From Eutreptiella sp. 'Long Island Sound 2002' (taxonomy: Eukaryota > Protista > Euglenida), in NCBI GenBank assembly GCA_964036045.1, contig OZ038378.1, positions 165,106,001 through 165,170,000 on the forward strand: DNA of 64,000 nt. The letters are read 5' to 3'. Below the pieces are notes generated by a model. That model was not told the DNA's origin, made no database searches, and saw only the letters and a program-made list of their open reading frames with translations. The position numbers were made by a program, and so were the translations under genes. The stretch's first letter is position 1. Each line of letters starts with the position of its first letter. Below are positions 1 through 12,789 of the stretch, piece after piece.

Positions 1-573
1 GTATTGGCCACTGACAGCATCTGTCCCATGTGCTGTTAGTGCGTGCCCTTGCACTGCCATACCACAGCCTTCCATTCGAGGAGCAGGAACCGCCGCTCTA
101 TATCTGTACGTATGTATGTATGATCATCCTCGCCCCCCCCCCCCCCCGCCCCCTCCACCCCTGCCTCCATCGCCTTGCGCAAACAGTGCCCTGTCCGAAC
201 AACACTTTGGTGTCGTTGCCGCATATTTTGGAGCCATAGCTTTTGCAGCCCTGTTTTGTCTGTTGGTTGGAGGAGAAATGGGCATAGCTTAGCGTAAGCG
301 GGCCTCTCCGCTGCAGTCCCTTGGATTCTGTCGGAAAGCGTTTTGTAGTGGACGGCCGTTGGCCCACAACCGCCGGCCGTTGGCCCGCACCCACCCTCGG
401 TTGGCACACGCCCGTCATTCGTGTGGCATTCGTGTGGCATTGGTTGGGGACGGGATTGGTTTGCTTGGCTGTCCATTGGGGCTGCCCGAAGGTGTGTGGC
501 CGCACCCATCCCCCGTGTGATTTCTGCATTCACGCCGGTAGCTATGACACGACCGAAGGGCGTTGGTGCCCAG

Positions 574-771
574 TATGAGCCTTCACCGCGGCTTCTGGGC
601 AGAGGTTGCGGGACCAATGCATTCACAATGTCGCAGGAACCAAAGTCGAGGGTCGCGATGGCGGCGATGGTCGGTGTAAACGACTCTGTCAGGACGCAGG
701 CCCAAGTGCCAGACACACTGGCCGAGCTCAGGCTGATGGCAGAGGCTGATGCTGAGGACACAGACTTTGAG
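574..771 (+). CDS. Gene A, first visible exon (5' part outside window or unrecognised); hypothetical membrane protein, possibly plastid-targeted
   Basis: CAG acceptor at 571-573 and GAG|GTGCTT donor at 772. Phase 0 joins in frame to the exon at 1001. Contains VAMAAMVG, resembling the end of euglenid plastid presequences (inference). Confidence 0.6.
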
Positions 772-1000
772 GTGCTTACCTGCTGTTGCCTCTTGTGAGC
801 GAGCATTGGGGATGGGTAGCAGGGGTTTGAGGTGGCTTACATACGCAGGCGGGGGATGGGCGGGCTAAGGAATGAGTGAATGGGGGGCTGGGGGGGGGGG
901 CGGAAGAGGAGCGCGGGACGCTCTTCAGTGCGGCTGTTACGTGAGGTACTATGGCTGTGCCTCTGGAGGGAGGTGCTCTGTCTCTGACTCTTGGCAGCAG

Positions 1001-1220
1001 GTGCCAGGGCTCCAGCGCATGCGATGGCTCTGGGAACGGGTTGCGGCGCCTCACGGAGCTTTGCTGCGCATGTACTTTGTGCAGCCCGTCGACGCGTTGC
1101 TCCCGCTGTTCGAGAGGCTCGGCCCGGGCCTGGACGAGGTCAGACAAGCGTATCTGGTCGCCGACGTGGACGATCTCGTGTCTGTCAGCGTCGCAGAGTT
1201 CATCTCCGGGACTGTGGCAG
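1001..1220 (+). CDS. Gene A exon 2
   Basis: CAGCAG|GTG acceptor and GCAG|GTCTGC donor (phase 1). Translation VPGLQRMRWLW...AEFISGTVA with GC3 bias. Confidence 0.75.
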
Positions 1221-1301
1221 GTCTGCACAGGGGGGGTCCGCTTGGAGCCCTTTCTGGGTTATGGGACCCTGACCCCCCCGCCCCCCCCCCCCCCCCCGCC
1301 C

Positions 1302-1579
1302 GCAGATGCGCACCCCGGCGCGCACAAGTCAGTGCTGGAGTTGGCAAACCCAACATGGACTCGGAGTGTGCATCTGGATGCACCTGGTCAACGGCACGGG
1401 CAACAGCCCGTCTCCGGGACAGCCGAACCCGGAGTAGTCAAACAGGACAAGTCATCCGGGGGCTCCATTGACACAACCAAAACACGTTCGGACCCACAGA
1501 GGGTCAGAATGAGCAGTGGCGGGAGGCCAATAGGCGCCGCCAAAGGCAAACAACCTAATATTGAGGCCTTGTGCCAAAC
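1302..1579. repeat. Interspersed repeat family R1, copy 1 (278 bp)
   Basis: Colinear, highly similar copy at 21843-22120 (GCAGATGC...TTGTGCCAAAC). Confidence 0.9.
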
Positions 1580-2249
1580 ACCCCGCCCGCACCTCGTGCT
1601 TCATCTGGTTTGCCGCCAACCGCGGTCCGTTAACTGCCAACTGCCGTCGGTTAGCCACCAACCGCCGTCAATTGGCTGGGGACCAGCAATACCGGACGCT
1701 GTTAATGACCCCTCTGGGCGTGTAACAGCCCCCTGCCTGCGCCGACCCTGCTCTGGGCTGCAGGTGTGGTATGCCCGTGTCCCCGTTTGTCAACTCCTTT
1801 GTGCACATTGCAGAGGTGCCCTTTGAACACCGCACACTGTGCACTGTGCGCATTGCACTCCTTTGTGGTGCCCAAGGGCTGTGCCAAGGGGCACTACTGC
1901 TGGACTGCAGAAAGCACAGTGAATGCGTTGGAGGTGGTGGAAGTGCAGTGCAAGGGCTATCCCATTTGCCATCTCAATTTTGAGGTCAGGCTTGGCTGAT
2001 GTTGTCAGGCAAGCAGACAACAGCTGATGAGCGCACACAAACTCTTTGGGCGATTTCCGGAGAGGGATTTGGGGCTCTTGATTGCCAACCCGCCGCCCCC
2101 GTTTTGATGCCGACGCGGCCTTGTAAGCCCAAGAGAGATCGGAGCAGCACATCGGAGGTTTGAACAAGAATTCAGCAGACCACTCCACCGCCCACCTCAA
2201 GCAGGGATGCATCAGAAGGCAAGGGACCTCAGAGGCAGCCCCAGAGGCG

Positions 2250-2390
2250 GTTAGACCGGCGGTTGGAAGAGGTTGCCAAAGCGGTTGGGGGCGGTTACTG
2301 TTGGTTAAAAATGCCATTGAAGCTGGCACTTGCCGTTAGGGAGACAGTGGCTGGGCATAGACTGGGCGCCCTTGAGGGGGGGCGGGGGTA
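2250..2390. repeat. Family R2 (CGGTTGGAGGAGGTTGCCAAAG motif plus AATGCCATTGA...CTGGGCGCCC tail), intronic copy
   Basis: Same motif and tail recur at 24736-24980; the motif alone recurs at 26510-26690. Confidence 0.85.
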
Positions 2391-2652
2391 CATCCCCTCC
2401 TTCCATTGCATCCCTGGCCACAAGGTTGCAACAATGGTGATGGACCCCCGTAACGGACACCCGTAGTGGACCCCCCGAGGGGCGCAGCACCGGATTCGGT
2501 CCTCGTGAAAGTCGCCATTGGGGGGCCAAGTGCAAGCGCCGGGCAACACTGCCGCGTCACTTCTGCACCGCACCGCACCGCACGGCGCAGCACCCCCGAG
2601 GCACACACACCTGCGGGCACCACCACGCAGCCCCCCTGCCCCCCCTCAACAG

Positions 2653-2939
2653 GCCTGACGTCGCGTGGGGTGGCCGGGCTGGTGCAGAACCGGAAGAAGG
2701 ACCCGGCCTTCGCAAAGGCCACCCGCACGGGGGCGTTCTTTGGGGTGCGCAGCCTGACCCGCGCGACCTCCCGCTTTCTGGGGGTGCCGCGCCCGGTGGC
2801 TATTCTGGTGGGGTCCCTCTTCGCCACCACCGCCAGTCAGGCCCTCAAGGCCTCGCAGCGCCGCCAGGCAGTCCGCACCCGGCGCCGGTCCAGCGATAGC
2901 GCTGCGGCCCTGGGGCCGGACGCGGCGGGCGATGCCGAG
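2653..2939 (+). CDS. Gene A exon 3
   Basis: CAACAG acceptor; phase 1 completes a Gly codon with exon 2. GLTSRGVAGLVQNRKKDPAFAKATRTGAFFGVR...; GAG|GTGTGT donor, phase 0. Confidence 0.8.
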
Positions 2940-3533
2940 GTGTGTGCGGTCTTGTGCCCTTCGACTCCGGTCCGGATGTTGCCGCCGCGGAGTCCGAGGC
3001 CCCCTTTCGTCCGCCCTCACGTGCACCGGCCCTGGGCTCGCCTCGGGGCGGGTGCTTCCCTTCGCCCCTTGCGTCCCCCCCAGGCGTCCGCGCGCTCCAG
3101 CTCTTTAGTGCATATGCGGCCCCCTCCCCCGTCCTTTGTGGCGACCCCGGTCTCTCCGTGTGGGGCTGTCACGCCGTGAATGGGTCCATTGGAGTCGGAC
3201 ATAGGGCACAGCCGTTTCCTACTGAGTTCCGAATATGGCTGAGTCGCGCGGTACGGGGCCCGTTCCCGGCGCAAGTCACTGCTGCGGCTGCGGCTGCAGC
3301 TTTTCTGTGTGTCGCACATGATTTGTGGGCGGGAGGGTGCAGCCTCAGCAACAAGCAGCACCGGAGTACACTGCAGCAATCAATGGAAGATGGACTCCAT
3401 GAGTTTGGTGCATGTCTGGTGTGCAGCCCGCTGCCAAGATTAAGGGATACCACTGTGATAGCACTGCAGGGAATGGTTGGGCCAAGCGGAGGGTTGGGGG
3501 GCAGGCTCTTTGGCTTCAGGATGGGGGTGCAAT

Positions 3534-4150
3534 CAGAGGGGGGTTGAGGTCCGCAATTTTTCGCAATTTTTCGCAATTTCGCAATTTTTCGCAATTTTGC
3601 CGCAATTTTTCTGACTTGCCCATGTTACGCGCCTGTTGATGCCCCTTGCTGTCAACCATACCAGTGTGCGCAACTGTGCAGAACGATGAGACTCCATTTT
3701 GTCCACGCTTGAAGATGACTGAACGGTTCATTCCTGTGCCACAGGGCCGTGCTGCAATGTGTGTCTGACAACTGCCATTTGCTGGTGTGCCACACCCCGT
3801 TCCTCTGTTTTTTTGGAACCAACAATATGGCATCACCATCTGAGACACTCTCCCTTGAGCCAGAGTCTGAGGAGGTTGCTGAGTCTGGTCCCTTGAAGAG
3901 GAAACATGGGGCTGGTCATGGGGGTGCAGGGGCAAAGTATTGCCGCACATCTCCGTGGCAGAGGAAGGAACAATTCCCTGCTGAGCCATTTGAGGTCCGA
4001 GTTTCTGACAAGAACGAGGAGTACCTGTTCTGTACCTGCTGCGGAAAGGGTTGCTGACTGTATTGCAATTTTCCCACAATCTTTACGCAATTCATCCGAA
4101 ATTTTTCGCAATTGGATTTGGCCCCCCCAGACTGAAAGCCCCCCTCCCCG
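3534..4150 (+). mobile_element. Non-autonomous hAT-like remnant with CGCAATTTTT subterminal arrays and a truncated BED/CGGBP-like finger ORF (3827-4057)
   Basis: Clustered CGCAATTTTT repeats at 3551-3610 and related motifs at 4063-4112. ORF ...RKEQFPAEPFEVR...YLFCTCCGKGC* resembles the N-terminal finger of CGGBP1-type hAT transposases. TIR and TSD not resolved. Confidence 0.5.
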
Positions 4151-5190
4151 TCCAGGATCCGCGGTGTTGCTGATGGAACTGACAGAGTGGATTGGGGTGA
4201 CCATGGGCGGTGTTGTGGCCAAGCTCCCCCTGGCCTTAGCCACACCACCCGGAGGGACTGTTTGGTTGGGCCCCAAATGAAGGACATCCCGAATGGAGGG
4301 TCCCGCTGAGAAGTGCTTTGTTCTGGTGCGTGTGCGCGCAATCCTGACCCTTTTGCTGTTCACAGGCCATTGCAATGAGGTGTGTTGTGGCTGCCCATTG
4401 TCGAACCGATGGCGACGCCCTCCCCCAAGGACTCAACGTGACCACGGCCCAAAAAGGGGTACAGCCATGCGATCGGAGACGGAAGTCAACCCTGGCAACT
4501 TCGTTGCCTTGCAACAAAAGAAAAGGAAATGGGGTACACCGGCACATACCACAATGCAAAGATGTCACAGCCCAGTCCATTGCACACCAACCGACGCCGG
4601 AAGAAGTCGGTATATTTGTGGGGGTTTCGTTTGCACAATGTTGTGCAGGTTTGGCTTCTCAACCCCAAGAGTGAAGTTGGTTTTTTTTTTTGCGACAGTT
4701 TCAGACCCGCTGAAGCCGCAGATTGTTTTTTCTCCCCAAACATCCCTATTTGTCCGGTAGCTGTTGTGGCTGCCAGCCCCCCCCCCCCCCCCCGCGCCAT
4801 TCGTCAACTGCACTGAGTCAGTCTGGCATGAGATCGGATCATGCGGGTTGTTTCAAAACCTGACATCATGGCCCCTATTCGTCCAAGCTGCCGCCAGGAC
4901 CCCCACACAAATATGGCACCTGCAGGGGGTGTAGCTTGGGCCACCCGTATCTTATGTCCAGCCCCAGACAAGTTGCATGCAGACATCATTACTCCTCCGG
5001 AACATCCGCCACAAGGACACCTCAGCACACGACCGTGAGCGATCCATGGCTCCGAAACCTGCCTTCGAGGGGGGGTCCAACGCCGTAGTGGTCAGCACGT
5101 TGAAGCCCAGGCATCCGGCATACGGGACTGAGGGGGGGAGTGTGCAGAAGGACCTGGCGTCAAACACTGGCCGCCCGCTGTCTCCCGCAG

Positions 5191-5688
5191 GAGGACGTCA
5201 TCTCCGCGCCGGAGGTGGCGGGGGACGTGTCGAAGTGGGTCGTGTACGACGTCGCCATCGGGGTGCTGCAGGACGCGCTGCCCGCCCACGAGCCGCAGCT
5301 GGCGGCCGCCTACTTCACCGTCGGGGCCCTCTCGGCGGTCGTCGGGCTCGCCGTGTCGCGGAAGGTCGCGCAGGACGAGGCCGCGGTGAAGGCCCGGGAC
5401 GGCCTGACCGACGGCGCGGCGGAGACGGGGGCGCCGGGGGTGCGGGCGAGCGCGTTCGGGGTCGCCGGCGCCGTGGGGGCGGTGCTGCCGCCGCTGCAGG
5501 CGGCGCTGGAGGGGGGGGTGCTGTTCATGACGTACGAGGAGTACGAGAGGCTCGCGGCCGCGGTCATCCCCGCGGACATCGGGACGGCGCAGTTCCCGTT
5601 CGCGCGGTTCGTGGAGCGGGTCGGGGGGTTCTCGCAGGAGCAGCTGCTGCAGATCCTCCTGCGGCTGGACCACCTGTCGTCCACGTGA
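5191..5688 (+). CDS. Gene A last exon; hydrophobic protein with a weak mitochondrial-carrier-like motif (ALEGGVLFMTYEE)
   Basis: CCCGCAG acceptor, phase 0, very strong GC3 bias, stop TGA at 5686-5688. All four exons join in one frame. Confidence 0.8.
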   Translation, partial: EDVISAPEVAGDVSKWVVYDVAIGVLQDALPAHEPQLAAAYFTVGALSAVVGLAVSRKVAQDEAAVKARDGLTDGAAETGAPGVRASAFGVAGAVGAVLPPLQAALEGGVLFMTYEEYERLAAAVIPADIGTAQFPFARFVERVGGFSQEQLLQILLRLDHLSST

Positions 5689-7307
5689 TCGGGGGGCGGC
5701 GGCGGCGGGGGTCCGGGGCTCGCGCGTTCTGTGCGGAGGGGCCGGTGCAGCCCCGGGACGTATTGCGATGCCTGGCGACCACCGGAGGAGGTCCCCCCCC
5801 CCAGCCCGCCCCTTGTCCTCTTCCAACGCGCGATCCAGCCCAGAGATCTTCAGTGCGACTTTCCGGAGGACAGTTCCCGTCGGCGTTGCGTCGCAACCGT
5901 CGTCGGCATTTTGTGAAGGACATTGTCCTCCGGCCGTTTGGGCCAGAGACCGAGGGAGGAGGGGGTTCTTCCCGGACCCCCTCCCCCCCCCCTCCCTCAG
6001 GCTCAGGCTTCAGGCTCAACTTGTCCCCACACGGCGACCCCGTGTTTTTCCGCAGTTTTGGGCTTTTCCCCTTTTTTGAACCATCGTTTTTGCGGCTCCA
6101 ATCCAACAGGAAATGTGGTGTGTAGCTGTGTGTGGGCTGCAGGAAGGTCAGTGTCAAAGTGCTGGTGTGGCTGTGGCCCCCTGTGCTCTTGTGTTCTGGG
6201 GTGGATGCGGCGCTGTTGAACACCCGTTTGTAGTCAGGAAGGGGGAGGGTTGGCGTGTGTCTGCAACACGCGTTGCGTGGTACGTGCCGCGCGGTGACAC
6301 AGGCTTGTCCAAAACACTGCGACCCCGTGTTTCCGCCCTTCTGCCCCCCCGAACCAGAACCTGTTGGCCCGCGGTAGGGCAATGGGGGGCGGGGGTTACT
6401 GTCACATGGCGGTGGTTGTGACGTACCGCTGCACTTCCCCGGACATCTTCGTGTCCCCCTCTTGCGGCGGAAAGGGGCCTATGGTCCTATGGGCCACTGA
6501 CGAGCCACACTTCTTTCTGCGCTTTTGTGCTGATCGCCTCTTGTGCGCGCGTCCAATAGCGCAGCGTTCCTTCGGGGGCTACCCTCCCATGCAGGCACCC
6601 GCTGAGGCGCCTTCTGGCGTGCGATGAACAAGAACACCACGCGTCTTGGCCCCTTCAGAGCCCTCTGTCACGGTGCTTTTGTGGCCCCTGGTGTTCCTTG
6701 TTCCTCTTCCGCGCCCCCCTCCCCCCGTTGAGGACGGCTCATGTTGGCAGCTGGTGGCGGTCGAGGGCTGTGCTGCGGACGTCAGGCGGGACTCGCCACA
6801 GCTCTTTGAGGTGGTGGCGGTCAACGGCCAGCGGTTGGCGATGTCTCGGGGTTGTCCCCTCGCACACGGAGGATTGCTGTGGGTCCGGACGCACCAGCGT
6901 TGCCTCGGTGTTCCGTGTATCGCGGTCTGTTGGTCCGGCACAGTGTGCAGGGCAGCTTGTGATGGACCAAGGAATTAACACGGAAGGGGGGGGGGGCGAT
7001 CTGGGTGGGTGCCCCGGCCTGGGTGGGTGGGTCAACAGGTCTGAACCCCCCCCACTCTGATGACTACGGCTTGGGTGGTTGCGTCCGCAGTCTACCCCCC
7101 CCACCTTTCATGTTACCCTTTTGTGCTGGCGTCCGTTCCCTGCAGACCTCATTCTTTGGTTTTGTTTTGCAACCCTGCCAGCACCGCTGTGGGTGTGCAG
7201 TATTCATTGCAAAGTCCAAAAGTGAACGAGACAAAAACTGGTTTAAATTTTCAGCAAACCGCAATGATGCTTTCAGCTTTTTCAGTGAGGAAGGAGAACC
7301 CTGTTGG

Positions 7308-7389
7308 CAGCAGCAGCAACAGCAGCCGTAGCAAAACCATCATCATCAGCAGCAGCAGCAGCAGGAGCAGCAGCAGCAGGAGCAGCAGC
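7308..7389. repeat. Imperfect (CAG)n microsatellite
   Basis: Direct reading of the sequence. Confidence 0.9.
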
Positions 7390-10300
7390 CGTGGTAGCAT
7401 CACCTCAGAGGGAGGTGGGGCTGGGTGCCGTTCAACCCCGGGAGAGCACCTCAACCTTCCCCTCCCCCCCTCAAATGTTTATCAGAGGGGGCGGGGTCTG
7501 GGTGGGTGCTTTGATCTTGGGTGTGCCTCAACCCCCCCCCCCTGACCCCCCCAGCGTTCTATAAACGATGACTGTGATGGGCCTTTTGCCTCTCAGCTCC
7601 TTCATTGCCGTGGTTTCCTTTTCACGCTTGAAGCCTCAATGCGCAATACCTGAAAGGCCAGCACCTGCTTTGGCCCACTCGCCCCCCCTGTGCCCATGGC
7701 ATTGGGCACTTTTCTTCCACCCGATGGGCGCCATCATAACGATGACCTGTTGGACCCAGAGGGGCATTGTCGAGTGCGTCGAGTGCACAGGGTGGGCAGC
7801 AAGGTGTACTTCCAACATCGCCCCGTTGGGGCTTGGCAGGCCTGGGTGGCAGGGACCACTTATCACCCCTGCTCCCTGCCCACACAGCAAACTCCCTTTC
7901 GGTTGTATTTTGTTGTTATAAATGAGCCACTTCACTGGCTGCTTCATTCTATCTCTATAATATCGTTTCTACACCGCCATTCTATGCTGTTCGATGCTGT
8001 CTCACTCGTTGTTGGGGCAGTATTGCCAAAACCCCCAACATCCCTGCCACCCTTACCACCAGTGTATGTTGGAAGTTAACTTTTGTGGTGCCTCAATCAC
8101 CAAACTGTTGTCCATGGAGCACCGGAAGGGTGAGTGGCTGTTGTTGCCAAGGTAACGGCATGGTCTGATACATGGAAGCATGGGCACAGTGTGGGAATGT
8201 CGGAAATCATCGTGGGAGGTGGTAGCGCCACGGCAAAAGGCGCATGTAGCGCATGCGCGGAGCAAGCAACGGCCCCATGTGGCTGAATTTACAACGGATC
8301 AATCAAGGGCACAGGATGTCAGGACCCGGAGGTTTTCTCTATCCCGTCACCATGCGCATGCGTTGTTTGGATCTCCCCAATTAGAGGGTGTGCAGACCGA
8401 CTTTGATATCTCCATTAATGGATATGCAGACCTACTGTGGTGTCGTTTTGGTTGTACAGTGCACCTGCCACTGGAGTGTGTGCTGTCGCCTTGCCTGTAT
8501 TACACCCGTATTGCACCCCCCGCCCACTCTCCACTTTGCATTTATGTTTGGTGTTGCTGCGTAGCCCCATCCACAAGTTACTATATTCCTCTATGACCGC
8601 CGCAACCTTGCACATGTTTGAGTACTTGCCCCCTGTTTGAGCAGCCTGCCGTCTGCACACACCAGAAGCCCATGGGCCATTTCGGCGCAGGAATAGCATT
8701 GGACTGCTGGTTCAACTCCCTCTCTGCGAAGGAGTAGCCTGCCTTGGACGATGATATATGGTTCTGGTCCCAGCACCAACATCTGTTGGATGTACAGCCC
8801 GGGGGCTCTAACCTTAGTCTCCTGCAGGTCATGTACACCGGAAGACAAAAACGTCAACTCCCATGGTGCAGGTGCGCAGGCCAACACTGGTGCAGCAGGT
8901 GTGGGATGTGTCTTATTGCACATCCTTCATACTTGAGAATCCCCCGCAACGAGAACAAGGAACTGTCAATGCCGTGGTTCCAACAGCAACAGAGACAGCA
9001 CATTGCCTGAGCATCACCCATCTTCACCCACCCTCAACGTGTCCCCACTTCATTTGGACCCGTCCTAAATGCGTCCGTCAATGCATCATCAGCCACCCTT
9101 AGCTGTATCCGCAAGTGTGGGGTGGGGTGTGTCTCATGGTGCATGATTGGGTTATATGTAGGGATTAGAAAGACAGCCAGTAATAAAGCTCACCATTTGA
9201 TCTGTGACGAGGCCAGTTACTGCACTCTATGGTACTCTGTGCACTGTGCACCGTGAATTCATGTTTAGGGCAGGTACCTGGCCGTATGGAAGAAGACGGC
9301 CCTCGCGATTTTCCTTCGTGCACAAAGCACTGGACTGACCTGCAGGTTGGGAAGCACCTCAGCATCAGTAGGGAGGCAATCATCCGAACATTACACGGAG
9401 GCTTATCGATTTCAGCAGTGGTATCTTGCACTCCATGGGTAAACTGTGGTTTTTCAGATTTTCTGAGTTTTCACAACGTTCAGCTGCACATACACTCACA
9501 CATAAAAGACAGAACAGCATTCTCTGCAGCCCCCCCCAACAACAACCGAGGAAAGCAGCCAAAGGTCACAGTTTTTGGGCTGCATTGTTGCGCTGTGCGT
9601 TTTATATTGCAAAGTTGATTGATTGATTGCAACTTACTGCATGCTTCATGTCGTGGGTAGTTGTGGTTGATACGGCGATATTTTGATGAAATAATAGCTA
9701 TTATTAGAAACGATTGAGACCACCGGTGTGTCCATACTGCTTTCAGGGTTGTATGGTGGTGGTGTTTGTCTGTTTTTCCAGACAGCACCAAGCAAGTGCC
9801 TACCCCAAACGGGGGTTTGACTGACCTGTGCTTGTGGTCATGGGTGTTGCCTGCTTGCCCTGTTTCAACTCATCAACAATTGATGGTCGTAGCTTCATGT
9901 TGCTTTGGACAAACCTGAGGTCCGACAGTTTTTCTATATCATGGGGAGAACCTACAGGCCATTGGAACCAGGATGGAGAACGTCATGCAATCTAAAGAAA
10001 GCAGTGCCGATTGGGACAGTGATTGGGGACCAAAAGCTTGTACCATGCAGGCACACTTCACATCATTGAAGATTCGGGACAATGCAGAAGATGGGCAACT
10101 GCTGTGGTCTCAATGGTTTTGGCACTGGTGGCATTGCAGTGCGGTGCTGGTTTTGTGTAAACCTGGGTTGAGAGTCCTGGGACACAAGATTGCTTTGTCG
10201 GAGCTCTGACACGGGGTATGCATCAGGATTCCGACAGCGGATTGGCTGTCAGGATAGGGAGGATTTATCCATGAATGCAAGTTTTGGGAGCATTTTGTTG

Positions 10301-11043
10301 ACCAGGATTTAGGAACAATTTTGAGGGCAGGAGCCCAGGGAGGATAGTTGACGGGGGTGTACAGAAGAGTTTCCAACAGCAATTTTGGGAGGGGTTCTGT
10401 CCACGGGAGCTCCTGAGGGATTTTGTAGAATGGAGTTCATGGAGGAATTTGTAAACGGGGGTTTTTTGAGCTGGATTTGTCAACAAGAGCTTAGGGAGCA
10501 TAAGGGGGGGATTCGCTGCCAAACTCATTTGTGGGATCGAGGTTGCCCAGCGTGGAAGATTTTTCTTGATGTCATATGGTCCGCGTGTCATGGGACAAAA
10601 ATGCACAAACATAGTGGGTTGTGGCATGTGGATGTAGCGGAGGCTGCACAAGAGCTCTTTGCCTTGGTTACCCCCGAACGGTTGTGTCTGCAAATGGCTG
10701 GCAAATGGCTGGCAGTGCCATTTCAAGTATCCAATGCTTCAGTGGTGTTCCCGGAGCTCATCCACAAGATCCCATACAAGCTGCTTCCTAGTTTTTGCTT
10801 AATAAGGACTCAGCCACCGTGGTGCCCACACAAAGGCCCATATTGACGATGTTTGCGAGGGTACAAACACCAAGGAAGACTGCCTGTTTAGCTTTACCAG
10901 GACCATCCGTTCCCATTTCTTGAATTCCTGGGTGCACCAGTACTGTACATAAATGGACCTTTTGCCTTCCGGGGTTATCCTGAGAACACTCAATGACACC
11001 TTCAACGCCAGCAAATCAAAAAAAGAAATTACCTCCCGTTGAG

Positions 11044-12789
11044 GGAGTATCAGACGCGGTGCGCGCGCGGTGCGCGCGCGGTGCGGGTATTGGGGTTGTT
11101 CCGCGGACCCTTTCACCTAATTTACAGGCACCATTGCCCATTTGGGGAGCTCAGACCGCTGTCAATCATGATGTGTGCCATGTTTTTGTTTTTGCGGTGT
11201 GTTCCCTCAGGGCACCTTGTTTGTAGGCCTGTTCTTTGCTGAAATTTTCCCCAAAATTTTGACTTTTTGTCCACACAGAGCTATGTCACTCTCATGGCTT
11301 CAAGCAGGGGTCTCCGTCATTTACAACCGCTCAAATGGTAGCAGTGTGCCAGCGAGAGTGCTCGCTCCCTGCGTGTCCGGTGAGTTCGTTGCCATCCGCT
11401 ATGAGGTTGATGGCCGAGTTGTTGAGCATCCCCGGGCACCGGTGCATCGAATCCGCGTTCCTACCTGCTCTGCGACAAACGAAGAAACGCGTTTTGGGGC
11501 AGTCGACCGTCAGCATGCGGAGGCAGACGACGTGGTGGTGCTCACGACGGGTGGAGGTGATGATTTTGACAATCAACCAGATGCTACTCAACAGGTGCAT
11601 GTATTTGTTTGTGCTTGCACGCGATATGGGTGAATTTGAGCAGCATCTGTGCAGGTACTTTCTGTTGCTGTTTGTACTTGTCAGCGCTGAGTTTCACAGG
11701 CAGTGCTTAACCCCCGGGGTACTTGATTTTATGCTGACCACTGTTTTTTTTTCCTCCACAGGATGTGGACAATGCGGGCATTGCAGCTGTCTCACCGGTC
11801 ATTTCAGCGGAACTTGAAATTGACAAGGATTCTGCGCATGCTGGAGACCGAGAAACTGTGCAGGTATTTTCCGTTGCGGTTTGTATTTGTCAGCACTGCA
11901 TAGGAGTACAACCCCTCATTGTCACTGTGCATGTGTGCATATTTATGCTCATTTGGATAAGTGGTGCTCACTGAATTTTATGCTTACCCCTGTTTTTTTT
12001 TTCCTCCACAGGACACAATTTTGTTTGAATCGCAAGCAGATGTACCAGCCTTATGGACCATGGACCCACTTCCCTGATGGTCTGTGGACTGATGTGGCCT
12101 GTCCGATCCCGGAAGATGAGAGGGATAGTGCTGAGGTGGAGGCCACTTGCCAGTTGTGCTATTCACGTAGCGCCACCGTCTGTGATGCATGTCAATTGCT
12201 TTTCTGCGCAACCTGCAAGTCACAGCACAGCTGTTGAGAGTAACCCTGTGACGTCTCTGTCGGAAAAGTGTATTTATTGAGATGCACATTTGTTGCTGAA
12301 TTGTGCAGCAACACAGGCTGCACCTCCCCAGACAACCATGCAGCGTGCACAAGCTCCTTGACAGTGCACAAGCTGCAAGTCACAACACAACTGTTGAGAG
12401 TGACCCTGCGACACGTCAGTGTGATAAGTGTTTTTATTCAGGTGCACATATGTCATTCAATTGTGTACCTGCAAAGGCTGCAACTCACCGGGCAGCCATG
12501 CTCCGTGGAATTACCATGACTTCCTGGTTTGTGCTGCTTGCATGTGAGCTCGCCCACGGGGGCCCTCACACAATGTCCCTCTCTCCATCAACTTCGGGCT
12601 AAACGGGTGTAGCAAAAACTGGAATGAGGAGGGACAAGAATGGGAAGTCAAAATGGTACTGATACACAACCCACTCGGGACCATCTGGAACTCCTCCCCA
12701 AGGTCGACCGTTGGCTAGTGAAGTTGTTCAAATACCGGACGCGGTGCGTGCGCGGTGCGCGCGCGGTGCGCGCGCGGTGCGGATACTCC
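11044..12789. mobile_element. Non-autonomous Mutator-like (MULE) DNA transposon, 1746 bp
   Basis: Perfect 9-bp TSD CCCGTTGAG (11035-11043 and 12790-12798). Terminal inverted GGAGTATC/GATACTCC. (GCGCGCGGT)n subterminal arrays at both ends. No transposase seen. Confidence 0.75.
11283..12237 (+). CDS. Spliced mini-gene inside the MULE (exons 11283-11594, 11762-11863, 12012-...); Tudor/SH3-like N-terminus, B-box-like Cys/His tail out of frame
   Basis: CAG|GT donors and T-rich TTCCTCCACAG acceptors, both introns phase 0. The spliced frame stops at 12075-12077. The adjacent frame encodes CQLC..VCDACQLLFCATCKSQHSC*. Confidence 0.45.

Noticed and set aside
8744-9010. Cys-rich WCRC...WCSRCGMCL, piggyBac-like C-terminal finger
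   Set aside because: Isolated motif with no DDD domain or TTAA-flanked ends found.
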